In this document: positions 11,300-24,367 of the stretch, piece after piece
How the letters are laid out: the number at the start of each line of letters is the position of its first letter
Numbering within the stretch: the stretch's first letter is position 1
Assembly: GCA_043228905.1 (NCBI GenBank)
Contig: JBHGNT010000001.1
Location: 30,814,001 to 30,878,000 of the forward strand
Reading direction: 5' to 3'
Source: Azolla caroliniana
Taxonomy: Eukaryota > Plantae > Polypodiophyta
Length of the DNA: 64,000 nucleotides
The notes under the pieces: model-generated
Seen by the model: only the letters and a program-made list of their open reading frames with translations
Databases searched by the model: none
Told to the model about the DNA's origin: nothing
Program-made: the position numbers and the translations under genes

Positions 11300-13650
11300 A
11301 AAAACAAATCTAGTTTTTGGAACATATGTATGGCATAGTATTAAGTAGTTAGGTTTGTACATTGGGACCGATTAAAATATTTTGAATTTTTGCTCACCAA
11401 TTTACATATAAAATGATTTGTTAGCAAGTCCACAAACCATGGGTTGTTATGCTCATAACACAAAGTTGTATCAAGAGGGCCAATTGAGATTCGATCTTCA
11501 ACACATGCTAAACCATGCCATGGTACCACCAATGAAATATTAATTTTAATTTGATGATCATATGGATGACAAAAATATTGTCAATTCTTATGACACATGG
11601 ACGTACAAATTCTAAGGTACTTCCAACATGATGTTGTTGTACATTGCATGGGAGACACATCAAGTCCTTGGGAAACCATGCATGGTTACAACTTACATCA
11701 TGAACGGATTCGACGGAATACAAGCTCTAACGATATTGAATTTTTTTATCCTTTAAAGGTTCGAGCATGAATAGATACACAATCCACATTTATGAGCCCC
11801 TTAAGATGGTGGTGAACTAGTTATCGGTTCTCGAGGATAATGCTTGTTCATAGTTGGTGCAATTGAACTATTTGATTGGTTATTAATATGTTTGAAGTAA
11901 AATTCTATCTTGGAATAAGTGCAACATCAAAATAAATGACACCCTAGATAAACTATATTGTTTCTCAATAACATTTTCTTCCCAATCACCTTGTGTGGGT
12001 GTTTAATGAGGATAGTATTTTGATGCATAGTATGAACAATACGTACCATACGTGCATTGGCATTCGGGAATGTTTCGATCATTCGAGTATGATAAAAGCC
12101 CTCGAAGTATGGTAAATACCATAATTTTGTATTCATTATTTATTATAAGGTAACTTTTTAAAAGGTAAGAAATTTAAGGTAAAAAGTATAAAAAAACCAT
12201 AAGAATGTTTTGTTAACATACGCATTCGTAGGGAAAAGAATGCTTGCCTATGCATTCGAGTATATTACGACTATGAAATTGGATGTATGAAACTTATGTA
12301 AAAACTTGCCTATTTAATGTGTCACAATGAATATGCATATAATTGTATTTTTATGTGGAAAGAGATTAACCTATACAATTCAGCTATGGGGCACCCAAGA
12401 TAAGAAATCACTGAATGGGACTTTGTGCGAGTTCATCCCCAACAAGCCTTATGATCATGAAGGTCTAATCACAACGATATTTAAGTGAACGTTGAACTAC
12501 CTAAACTATGAACTTGGAGCCATATAAATAACGACGTCTTTTTCTTTTTTTGATAATGAAGGCAAACTATTCTTTTTCTAGGATGGTGTTTTAAGCATTT
12601 GTGAGCTTTCAACTTTCCTATGTTATAGCCCAATTTAACTTGATAAATAGCAACACTTATCATAACATCATTGACATGCGTCTACATCTCAAAGGGCTTA
12701 TTCAAATTCCTAATCAACAACACGAACATTGTGATTTAGAAAATATGTATTCTTGAAACCATTGCTCGAGCTTGTATGTCCATTGAACAAACATATATAT
12801 AGCTTGACATTTGGTTTCTATCCCCAGTAACGGACATTTAATGGGTTCACGCAATACAAGTTACAACAATACAAAATGCTTGACTATGACTTCAACATCC
12901 ATGAGATACCCCCATGATCAAGATTGGTATGCAATTTGGCTATATTAACCATTCACATGTTTTTTTGTGCATTTCAATTGCTATGCACAGAAAAATGCGC
13001 TTTAGACATTTTTTAAATTGTAATAAAGGTGCATGGTGCCCATTCAAAGGAATACCAATGCATAAGTACTTGGAATATGAATGCAGTGTTGTATGTCCTC
13101 TAGATACTCCAATGTCCTTTCTACATATTATGGTATAGAAGTAATATAAGTTGGGTATATGCATGTGCAAACTTGTTAACACTAATGATTGTATTTATAA
13201 TTGTCTCTCTAAAAAGGCAATCTATTGTTCAAGTGACATCATTCAAAAAGTAAAAGTATGGTCTGAATTTCAGGACGAAAAAGATTTGTCAGTGTTTTAT
13301 CAAACATAATTGGACATTTCTTATAAAAATATTTGACCTTTTTCTCGAGATAAGTGCATTTTGTTTACATAATTGTCTAGGCTACATTCCCTTTGAAATA
13401 TTATTTTCATTCTGTTCTTTTTGTTTTTGTACCTGTAGTGAGGATCTTATAGCAACTTAAACCCTGTAAGGTGTTATAAGACTATAGTCACCACATAGAG
13501 GTAACTCCTTGGACAAAGTGCCTATAGAGCTCAATTGGAAGGATTGCTAATTCAATTTTCTTTTCCAATTAAGCACTTGTTGTCGTGTTCCATTGATACC
13601 AACAAGCAATAACTTGTTTCTCATACTCCAATCAAGCAACCAAATATTAA
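11300..13650 (-). mobile_element. Highly decayed Ty1/copia-like relic (interrupted by a MITE)
   Basis: Scattered minus-strand remnants resembling the zinc knuckle (~12850), K.HK.PF (~12420), integrase YF.F.D...R (~12320) and GGE-like (~11525) motifs, in copia order. No open frame. Confidence 0.3.
12026..12275 (-). mobile_element. hAT-like MITE (CATAGT...ACTATG family), diverged copy
   Basis: Terminal inverted repeats CATAGT/ACTATG. Interior is the reverse complement of the copy at 27176-27432. No TSD recognisable. Confidence 0.7.
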
Positions 13651-13719
13651 CTTATGCAACAAAGGTAAAACTTTGGTTCTCTAGACAAAAACCCACTAAA
13701 AGGATGACAAAATAATCTT

Positions 13720-14182
13720 AGTTAATAATACCCAAATGGTTTTAGCAATTAAGCATGTAATGAATGTATGCATGCCATCATTCTCGATGTACAAAATCCC
13801 ATTCCACCCGACCACCCCCAAGTTATGATCAAGACATAACCATCCTACCACCGATGTCCCATATCGACAGATATTATTATGACTAATATATTGGAGGAGA
13901 TAACACACTTATAGTGACAAAAGCCTAGCACACACCACTAGTGCCTTAAGACTGCAACCTTCCAACATAATGTGTTTCATGAAGGTAGCTTGGCCTCATT
14001 TTATACCTCTTCCAAGGCTCCTTAAAGAGACTTCATTCATTGGTTGTCAATATCATGATAGTGCATGCACCTATCATTCCTTCTATCCGATCACATTAGT
14101 CCCTTTCTAACACTAGCAAACATACCCTTCACGTATGTAAATATTTGTGACCTACCCTCACCGCGTCATGTGTGCATGATCC
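13720..14182 (-). mobile_element. Diverged (probably solo) LTR of the chromovirus family at 50349-57377
   Basis: Reverse complement matches the LTR collinearly, e.g. GGTGAGGGTAGGTCAC, TGCATGCACTATCATGAT, TATGGGAC.TCGGTGGTAGG.TGG.TATGTCT.GATCATA.CT.GGGG.TGGTCGGGTGGAA. The spurious peptide RYGTSVVGWLCLDH is shared. Left boundary approximate. Confidence 0.85.
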
Positions 14183-17100
14183 CTCGATTAGCCTACCAAG
14201 AGGATGGTGACTCCTCAAGACTAAAAAAAACATTGGAAGTGCAACACTCCAATATATGAGTCATGTTGGCCAATGCATTATTCACTTTTTATATCATTGA
14301 GTTTTCTTCATCTTTCTTTCTTGTAAGATCAACGTTGCTTGCTTTCTTCAAACCTTCCGTTAATTAATCCTCTTTGTATTATCGTGGATAACAATTAATG
14401 AGTGAATTGTAGTAAAGTTGTACGAGTGCTTTCTTCTCTCTTAACTTGCTTAAGGGTCTTGAATAAGTTCTAAGGTTGCTGAGTGAGCTTCATAACCAAG
14501 TTAGACATGGACAATTTGTGAAGTGGATATAGCTTAAGTATGAATACAATTGTAGGCACCTTAGGAGCAATTACACCCACTCCTACCCACAATGGTCATA
14601 TCCCACATTGAGACCTCAAAAAAGAGATAGAATTACGGTCAACAGAAAGAAGTGTAGTCATTGGACCATGTGGTGTACTATATATTAATATGTGTATATA
14701 CAATGACTCCACTATTTACTTTGCAACGTGTACTTTAGTTTAAAAACCAATTGTTCATGGTGGCAATGACAAATTAGATACAATAGAAATCATTATTGAT
14801 TGTGACCCTTTTAGTTGATTAGCAAAAGAACCAAGCCTAAAACCTCTACTATACAAATTTATCTAAGATTGTATCCAATTTCCAATTCAAACTTTGAAAC
14901 GATGGGTTACTAACACTAATAGGGTAACATAAGTGATGATAAACATTACATTGGTATATTATTTGGCCATGCCATCCAAGATCAATGAGATGTATTTCAA
15001 TGTATCAAATAAGTACAACTCACTAACAATAAAGCATCAATTCATTGCCTCTATCTTTCTCACCTCGAATATTTTTTTTCTATATTTGTACATCAAATAA
15101 GAGACAATCCATTGCACGGGGTTAATATATGTATATTCTTGCGTGTATATTTCTTACATATGAGTGTGAACATAAGTGTTTATTTGCTTGCATGTGTGTC
15201 AGAAGCCTCAAGATGAGGTGAGCACATAGAAGTTGAGGGAAATCACAAGACGTATAAATACATGCACTCATAAACAATATAATTGTTGATGAATAGCAAT
15301 GAATCACCCCACAATAAATTATGTTAATAAGGAAATTAAACTATGCATTCATGTCGTCTAGACCTCGAAAGCAAATATACATTGTTTCATGTAAACTAGT
15401 TTTAGTAATGTGTCTTTATGCTGAGAAAAGAAATGCAGGAACTGGCATTATATCTCCACTAGAGAATATAATTACTAAACAAAGTGTATGGTGTACAATG
15501 CTAAAATATTATGCTTTCTAAGTTGGGTTTAGTGTTCCACCCATTTTAAAAATCATTTATATATTGACATTGATAATTCTATCTAACATTTTCCCAAAAA
15601 TGTGGCTTTATAAATTCATTATTCATAACGTATGGGCCAAAAGTGACAACATTACATTACAAAAGGCGGTGCTAACAAAGTGATTATTTATGAGCATTGC
15701 GCAATTCACATACAAAAATATTGAAATATCGAAAAGCACAATTGTTATATCACGTCACTCAAAATAAGCATTCATATATTTGACTTTTGGGATAAATATA
15801 TTAACAATTAGCTACACCTCCCTAAAAATCCATTTTCCACCACCCAAAGGTTGAAAATAATCTCATTAGCTCATCGAACAAATTGATACCAAATTATGTG
15901 CATTCTAAAATTGAAAATGCACAATGGTCAATGTTTTCAAATATTTGAACACATTATCGTTACATCACAAAACCCAAATCAACAATTCCTTTATGAGATT
16001 GAATAATCATTTGAATAGCACTAGTCCCAAGGCCATGAATAGAAACAAAGCACTAACTTTCAATGACCTAATGCTATAAAGTGTTTGTGATAAAAGAAAA
16101 ACATACTCCAACGCATATGAATAATGCTAATAAACATCCCAAATGGATTTATGGCACATGTTTTCTTTCCTCGTTCTATAATTGATTGTGTCGAGTTGTT
16201 GTTGTTTTCATCATTATGACCATGTGAAAGACACACCTTAGGTAAAGTTAAACCAATTGAAGGCTTTCATAATGGAAAACACTTGGGTATTAAATACCCA
16301 TTCACATCATGGAAAAGCACAACGATATCAAGTAGGACTATCAATAGAAATATGTGATAAGACATTCAACATATGATTCAAGAATGCATATTGGCACCAT
16401 CCCAAAAGTATTAGAATCTCATAGATGGGAGAAGAAGGTTTAACTACCCAAACCATACAACCATCTATCTATCTATCTATACAACAGGCAATTTATTGCT
16501 TTTAGTAGTCAACCAAGTCATTGAACCCTAACACCATGCCAAGTTTTTCTGTCATATTATATGAATGGGTCACCCAATTGTAGTATCACACACCCTTTTT
16601 TCTACATCATGGTGAGTATATCCTCTTGATCTTACTTGTTATATCCCCTTCTCAATTATAGGTCACATGGCATGGGCAGGGATAATTTGCAGATCTCTCG
16701 TGGTCCTCTCCAATGTAACATCTCGAGATCAATTCACATTGCCGCATGAAGACTAGTGGTGGAGCATTGAAGCATCATGTGCCTCATGCATGTGTAGGTA
16801 ATGGGGCATCCACTATTGCTTCTCTTCGTTGTAACGATGTGTGTCCGGGTGTCTTAGGAAAGAGTCCCAATCGTAACATAACATTAACCGGGACAAAGTG
16901 AGGGGTAGTCGAGTAAATATGAAAAATAGCAGCGCTATGTTGGCGAATTGAACGGTTTCCTTCTTCTTTGATGAGGAATGCTTTTGTTTTCTTTTCCTTT
17001 TGTTCTCATTGTGATGGCCATGGCGATGATCGATCGTCGTTCATACTATTTTTCCTTCTTCTCAGTATCCACAGCTGTGCTTCCAATGGCGAAACTTACG

Positions 17101-18429
17101 CAGAAAACATCACAGAATATATTCTCACAAAATCTACATCCTACCATACCCTGAAGGCTCATTATCTCTTCCTCCATTTTTTTGCCCCAGGTAAAAGTTC
17201 TTCCGTGAAGCTCGTTTTAATATGATTTAATTGTTTTTTCGTTCATCGTTTCTTCAGTTTTGTTACAAAGATTAATAAAATGCATTTCTGTACGTTAAAT
17301 TTTTTTAAAGAATAAATAGTTTCAAGCAAAACAAAAACCGAAATATAGTACTAATGCACATATAATATACATACCATATGCCATTATTTATTTTCCTAGC
17401 ACAGGAGACTCTGCATATAATAATCAAAGTTCAAATTTTGAATAGTGATCCTCAAATTTGTCAAATTACTCTAATTATCTGTACGAAGTTATAACCACGT
17501 ATACCTTGGGCATTGAAAAATTTAGGCTTCCTTTAAACTCAAAATGGGTTTCAAAATTCTATGCATAATCATATGAGGTTCTAATTATGTGGAAGGAGTA
17601 TAATTTAGTTTAAACCATCTATATTACGTGCATTCAAGGATTATTTAAAATATCCCTTATATCCCATTATTCACATATTGACATAATGTCTGTCCCTTAT
17701 ATTACATAGCGGGACTTGAAAATTGATAAGAAAAAAAAGTTTGTTCCTTCTAACAGTATCTCTCTCTTTTAAAAGGTTAATTTTGCTTTGGGTGATGAAA
17801 CTATTTCGTGTGATTCATTTATATTTCAGGATGAAATGAACCTTTGATGAAATGTGTTTGTACGAAAACTTGATAAAAGTGAGTTTGGTAGACAATTGAA
17901 TTAGTTATGGTTGAGGAAAGGTCTCATGCAGTTGGCCCTAAATTGAGACGGCTCAATAAATGTGATAGTAGCAAAAGAAGAACTTTGGATACTAACCAAA
18001 TTGAGGTATCTATGTTTTCACAACAAATGCATTCTTGATCTTTATTTGTGGTCTATGAAAATTTAAATATCCTTGTTCAATAGTATGTGCACATCAATGT
18101 CATATGGATTATTATATTTTATATTTCATTAGGTCTCCACACATTTTAAGTGTATTTGGATGCATATATGCAGATGCATTGTGTTTCATTTTCCCTCATC
18201 TTGAAACAATTCAAAAACTTTTTGGCGAATATTTTTTAACCATTTGTGTTTTCAGCAGAATTTTAACATTGTTTCTTGCCTATGTATATGATACTGGAAT
18301 AGCCATAATGGTTTAGTGTTCGGCTGTTGTTTTGGTTTTTTTATGAAAGAGCTTTCTCATCGATATCGGTATTAACATGGGCAACTGCACCAACACATTT
18401 TGACTTTTATCTTTGTATATTATTTGCAG

Positions 18430-21400
18430 TATTGGCTTTGAATGCTTACTCAGGGTGTTTAAACCAATATCAAGTTTTGGACAAGATACATTTGAAGGTG
18501 AGCATGAAAAGGCAATGTGAAGGCCATATCCTATTCAAAGAGAAGACACATGCACGCGATTTTCTTTAGAGATTAAATCCAAGGGTTGTTGAATCTTTGG
18601 GCTATAAGGGGTAAGAAAAACGAGTAGTCATAGTCATGTTTGTCATTGATTGACAGAATATGCTCACATATATGTAGGTAGGTCAAACTGTTGGAAAATG
18701 AGCTTGTTTCTCTGTGAGATTTTCATTTCTTTATTAAAAAACATGGGGGCTATGATTTTTGGTGGAGAAAAACCATCATAATCATGTATCAACAAGGGGC
18801 TTAGGTCTTTTTGAAGGTAGAGATGCCTTTTTGCTTGAGTGATTGCACTGTCTCTCTTCTAGAGGAGTGAAGGAATACTACTTATAAGCATCTTTCTTGG
18901 TGCATTATTAAGGATCACACTAAGGATGAGCAAAAGAAGAAGAGATTAAGGAGAAGAATGGATTTAGTGTGCTTAACCACACTAACCACCCTTGAGCAAA
19001 GGACATGAGACACAGAAAATATCATTGGTGTCCCATACCACCAAATATCACATTATGATATACCATGGTTGTTTAAATAATGGATCTGAAGAAGAGAGCT
19101 TAGCCTCACCAATAGAGTATGGACAACATTTTCACGATGCTGTAATGAAAGGGTAGCTAGTTCCCTTTATATAGCTCAATGCCTAAGGATCCCAGACCAT
19201 GTTTTCCATGTGTCATAGGTCCATATGGGTTGGTTCAAGTCCCTAGGGTAACCATTTTCCTGACCATCCTACCCTTAACAAATTAAAACTAGCTATAAAT
19301 TTGGTTTGTAAGGTTATGCCTATAACATACATGGAGTTCAAGCTATCTCATATTTCTTGTATCTTTGTGGAGTATAGCTGTTGATTTCGTTTTCCTTCAG
19401 AACACCTTTTTGTCACTTTACGATTGAATGGCTTCCTATATTTTTCTTTATCACCTTATAAAACCTTAGATGTGAGCTTTGGATATATCTTTCAGGGTGC
19501 TTTCTTCCTTAATGTAAGTTTCATGGGTTTGGCACATGTTTTTTTTAGTGCTTTTATCCTTGGTTCTTTGGAGAGAGCATAATCAATTAGCTTCTGGCTT
19601 ATCATTCACCATCTAATTAACTTTGCAAATCAGAAGTTTATTCCCTATTTCATATATTTATATGTACACTTCATGTACTGATTTATTTTCAGAAAAATGT
19701 GAATGAAGTGATTGCGTCGGATCTTTTGGGGATTGCCAAAGCACTGAAAAGATCAAGTGTTTCTACCTTACATTTGTTCCAGAAGCATGCAGAGCTACAA
19801 AAGAGGAATGAAGGTTCACTCTCACTAGGGATATATGTAACTGTTTTGTAGTCAAATGATGGATCAACATTAAATTAGTTTCTCCATCTGAGATACTGTA
19901 GCCTTGAATCTCCTGCAGAAAACAAGAAGCTGGGATTTCTTGGGGACAGGCATTCAGAAACTCTGTATACATTTTCTAAGTAAGCAATAGGCTTCAACAT
20001 GGTTTTGTGAAAAATTGTCAAGTAAGTGAACTTGGTTTAGTGAATTAAAGGTTCTTGACCTTGTTTCTTCTGCAGAAATTTGGCATGGGCTTTATCAAGT
20101 GGGGGATGTCTGCAAGAGTTAGAACTTGGCTTTGCCTTATGGCAGAGAGATCTGAAAATAATTGCAGAATCCATCTGTATGTAAATCTCCTACAACTGAA
20201 TGTATGAGATTCTCTATTGTAAAATGATGGTCTGCCTCCCCCCGCTCAGGATCCCTACTGTTCTGACATTGTTCTACCTGCAAACCAAAATAATTTAGAC
20301 CAATTTTTATTTACTACCTTTAAGATATACATAACCAGAAACGTTGTGAGCCGCTGTTACTTCCCTGATAACATGTTACAGTTTTTGCTACCTAACAAGT
20401 TGCCACCACATAAAATTTCATTTGTACATTGAGGATTTCTCCGGCTAACTCATCTAAGACAACTCTCATTGGTTTTTTCTGAATAGTGAATATGCAATTC
20501 TGTGACTGAGTTATAATATCAGTTCCAAAATGCATGTAATAAAATTTGTATCTTATTCTTTTAACGCCCAATATGTTGAAATTAGGTCAATCACCAACGT
20601 TGAAGCGATTGTCATTCGCAAATAGTGAGCTTGGAGATCACGGCCTCCAAATTCTGGTTAGTTGTTAATGTTAAACAGAACAATTGATTCTGATACTGAT
20701 TACAGCTCCTATATCTTCAATTTAAAATTTGCTATTGATGAAGCTAGATTTGTGAAACTCTTAAACGAACTATTCACTTACTTAATAGGGTAAAAGCTTA
20801 CAAGAATGTGCACAGTTGGAGATTCTTAATCTTTCTGCATGTGGATTAACTGATGCAGTTTCTGCTCTCTTAGGTGTAATCCTCAAGGTGCCGATTCATC
20901 AGTGTTTCCTAAACATTTATTTTTTCATATGCATATGAACCTTATGTAAGGGTCCTTTTTTAAGTGTATTGATGATAGATTGTGATATTGAAGGCACATG
21001 TATGTAGAAGGACTCAAGGAGATTGGCAAGCAAGTCTTAGAAGCTCAAAAGGAGTGAATGCACTGACAATGAGACCAAAGGGTCTGATTGCCCTTGACAT
21101 TTCTTTGAATCGCCTCTCAGACTTCACTGTACAGACCATCTGCACTGTCTTGAGGATTGGCACCCCACTTGAATGTAACAAAATCCTCCTTAATCCTTTA
21201 GTTTTTATATATATTTTTAAAGGATATTGCATTACGATTACATGCTATATATAATTTACAAAAGAGGCAATCTTCCGTGATGTTGAATTTGGATTTAATG
21301 TACAAAAAACAGCTCTGAATCTGAGGGGTAATCAGCTCACTAGAATTAGTGGGAAGCTGTTACTCGATGTAATGGAGGAATGGACAACTTTGAGACTGAT

Positions 21401-22734
21401 TGACCTTCGAGATAATACCGATAATAAACTTATGGGTGTCCTTGAGGATCGACAACACTTAACTACCTTTACAAAGAGACACCCTCCCTTTTGGACGGCA
21501 TCGTTTTCGAGGCTGGGAAGAATAACACGTCTGAAAACCTCTTCAAAAAAGATGAGAACACTAAATGGTTCTCTCACTGGCAATGCAGCTATCCGTCCTC
21601 AGTCTTGCCCAAACATCATTCAATCCCATCCCCAACCTAAGAGTAGGTGTGTAAAACCTCCATTGGTACTTCAACAATCTACTTCAAGACATATTGAGTA
21701 TATGAAAGACAACAAGCATATGCAAAGGCCATCAACATCTCCAACAAAGGATAACACATCTTTATCATCATGTCCTTCTGAATTTACAGCTTGGAGGGAT
21801 AATGATTCAAGCACAAAAGAAAACAGGATGCCATTTGACACATCTTGGGTCAACCCTAATGTGGTTGAGGAGTTTGCGCGAAAGCAAGCCAGCTATTTAA
21901 ATGTGAAGAGAGCCCAAGATGAAGAAGATGATGTATTGAAACCAATGGACTTGAGAAGAAACTTTGATTCTGGAAACTATCAAGCTGAAACGTTTAAGAC
22001 AAGACAAGGATCAGAACCGGTATTGAGGAAGGTGAATTGTGATGAACAACAGTTAAGAAGAAATAAATATGATGAAAATTGTAACCTTGATCAGGAGTTT
22101 GAGCAAATGGATGCAAAAAACCATGGGCGTCAGACAGCATCACTTCTGAAGGAAATGACGCGGGCTATCCTTCATCTCCAAAGTATGGCATACAAAATCA
22201 TATCCAGCATGTTGCATGCACATTTCCAATGCTTTGAGCAGCTGTCTTCACTCTATATCATTATGTTTTGAACATCTGTACTATTCATTAGGGTTTTGCT
22301 GTAAACATTCCACTGAAATTAAACATAATTTGCACGTGCCCACACATTTTCTGTATTGTCCTAAAAAAATGCCCACTCCTTTTGCTCTCTCTATGCATTT
22401 AATGTGGTGCTTAAGATGTTTCATTTGGATGTTTTTGTTTGAGATACGAAATAGTGGGGCATTGTTTTGGCAAATACATCGAATTGTGTGATATTTTTAT
22501 GTGTGTTGAATAGCATTTTTAGACGTGCTTCTTATCTGTAAGCATTTCTTAAGAGATGAAGGAACCAAATGCATGCATTTTTTTGGATTGAATAAGGTGA
22601 CAATACCATAGGTTTGTAAAACAGAGACACTGAAGTGTTTTCCTTTTTCAGAACGTCTTGATGAGCTTATTGGCCCCGCTCAGGCAGATTCGTTAGCAGA
22701 ACAAGCGGCATCCCAATTGGAAGTGCTTGGTTAA
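18430..22734 (+). CDS. CEP78: CEP78-like centriolar LRR (RNI-like) protein; 5' end unresolved (probable upstream exons ~17000-17190 and ~17830-17878)
   Basis: In-phase GT-AG exons 18430-18497, 19496-19513, 19693-19813, 19919-19979, 20076-20176, 20586-20656, 20789-20887, 20994-21174, 21313-22182 and 22652-22734. The translation LQELELGFALWQRDLKIIAESICQSPTLKRLSFANSELGDHGLQIL...LNLSACGLTD...ILKAHVCRRTQGDWQASLRS parallels recalled human CEP78 (LKNLELNGLILRERDL...LSLANCPIGDGGLEII...[20 protein letters not shown]). The first two listed exons are less certain. Confidence 0.8.
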
Positions 22735-23852
22735 GGTTGTAAGGAATTTATAAGAAATCATCCAATACTGAACAATTGTGATTAGAAGGCGAGTCTTGTT
22801 CAAATGTATGTATATGCACAACTGTCACATTTCAATGATGGTTAAAACTTGATGAGAATGTATGGCTCGACAAAGGAGTGCAATGGCAGTATTATAAACA
22901 GGTGAAAGCAGATGCAGCCTGTGATTCAAAAAATAATAAATGAAGAGAAGTAAATTGAATTTCTCTTTTCTAACCTCTTCCTTGTAATGTAAAGAAGACT
23001 AATTCTAACATTCAAATGTGGCACATTCTTGTGTACATGAACCTTAAAAACTAAATGATGTGTCTTTGTAGATAACTTTTTCTTATTGACTTCATGCATA
23101 GCAAATAAATGTAAAAGAAAATTGCGATATGTTTTTGGTCTAACTGATGGTTGTGTATTGGTATTGATGCACATCTTCAAGATGTCCAATGGAATGGCAT
23201 TGTATCTTATTTATTAAAGAATATTGGGATGGGCATTGGGATTTGTGACCTCATACAACATGCATTATTATGTAGTCTTGCATGATGTGGGAATTTGCAC
23301 TTTAGTCTGAGGCTGAAGATGTTACGAAGTAATGATAATGAAAGTGACAATGGATCAATGCACCCATAATAATTTTACATCTTCCTTTCTACTTTCACAC
23401 AACACTGAATACAACAAGATGTCATGTTATTTGGGGAAGGAAAAAAGTATAGGGTATGAGAATTGGCCAATATAGAAGAGCAACAATTTAACATGCCGAT
23501 AGACAACTTTTTCTAATGCCAGTGTTGCAATACAGTAAGGAGATATTCAAGCTAGCAAGATAGTGAGACACAAATGAATTTAGGTTAGTGCACACGATGA
23601 TAGAGAATTAGATGAAGTATCGACTTGAGTTTACGCACATTTTTGTCTTCTTTCGTGATGTTTTGTTTGTCCTTTTGTAGTATCGTTCTCATTTATATTT
23701 GTTTCTATTGAGGGAAAAATCTGAAAATGTCTAGATGTTATGATTACAAAAACAAAAATGTAATGCTTATTTACAAATTATTTGACTAAAGAGATGGACT
23801 TCTTCATACAATCCATTTGCGAGGCCAAATGGTTGTGATGTCACGCACAAAA

Positions 23853-23943
23853 TTCATTTCATTGCTAATAAAAATGATCTCATCAATATGTACTCACATT
23901 CATTTCATTGCTAATAAAAAAGATCTCATCAATATGTACTCAC
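23853..23943. repeat. Tandem duplication of about 45 bp
   Basis: ATTCATTTCATTGCTAATAAAAA(T/A)GATCTCATCAATATGTACTCAC occurs twice, head to tail. Confidence 0.9.
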
Positions 23944-24367
23944 AAAATCCGAACATGTGAAATTTATCCTTGTCAAACTTTGTTGGGTAAATCTACATGC
24001 TAGCTCCATTAATATCATTAATCCAATCATGGAGCATACAAATGATTATTTTAGAAATGAACAAACTTCATATTGGCACCTTGAAAGGCATGTCCTGCAC
24101 TCGGCTTTATGGCAACCCTAAGAATGATCTACATAAAAATAGCCCCCAAAAAGATATCAATTAGCAAGAATTTTGAATGGTTGGTTGAGGGAAAAGCTTG
24201 TTGTGAGCGCATTGCTTGTATTTTGTTCCCCAGTTTGAAGTGACTGTAGATGAACGTGTAGGGATCTTTAAACTCTCATAAACTGTGGCCATGTTTCTAT
24301 CAACTCTTTTTAAACGCATTGAGTTGTTAATGAATAGTAGGAGGAGGAGGAAGACGACGAAGGACCC

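Noticed and set aside
21372-22271. 299-aa ORF as an independent gene
   Set aside because: It is the long penultimate exon of the CEP78-like gene, reading on into the intron.
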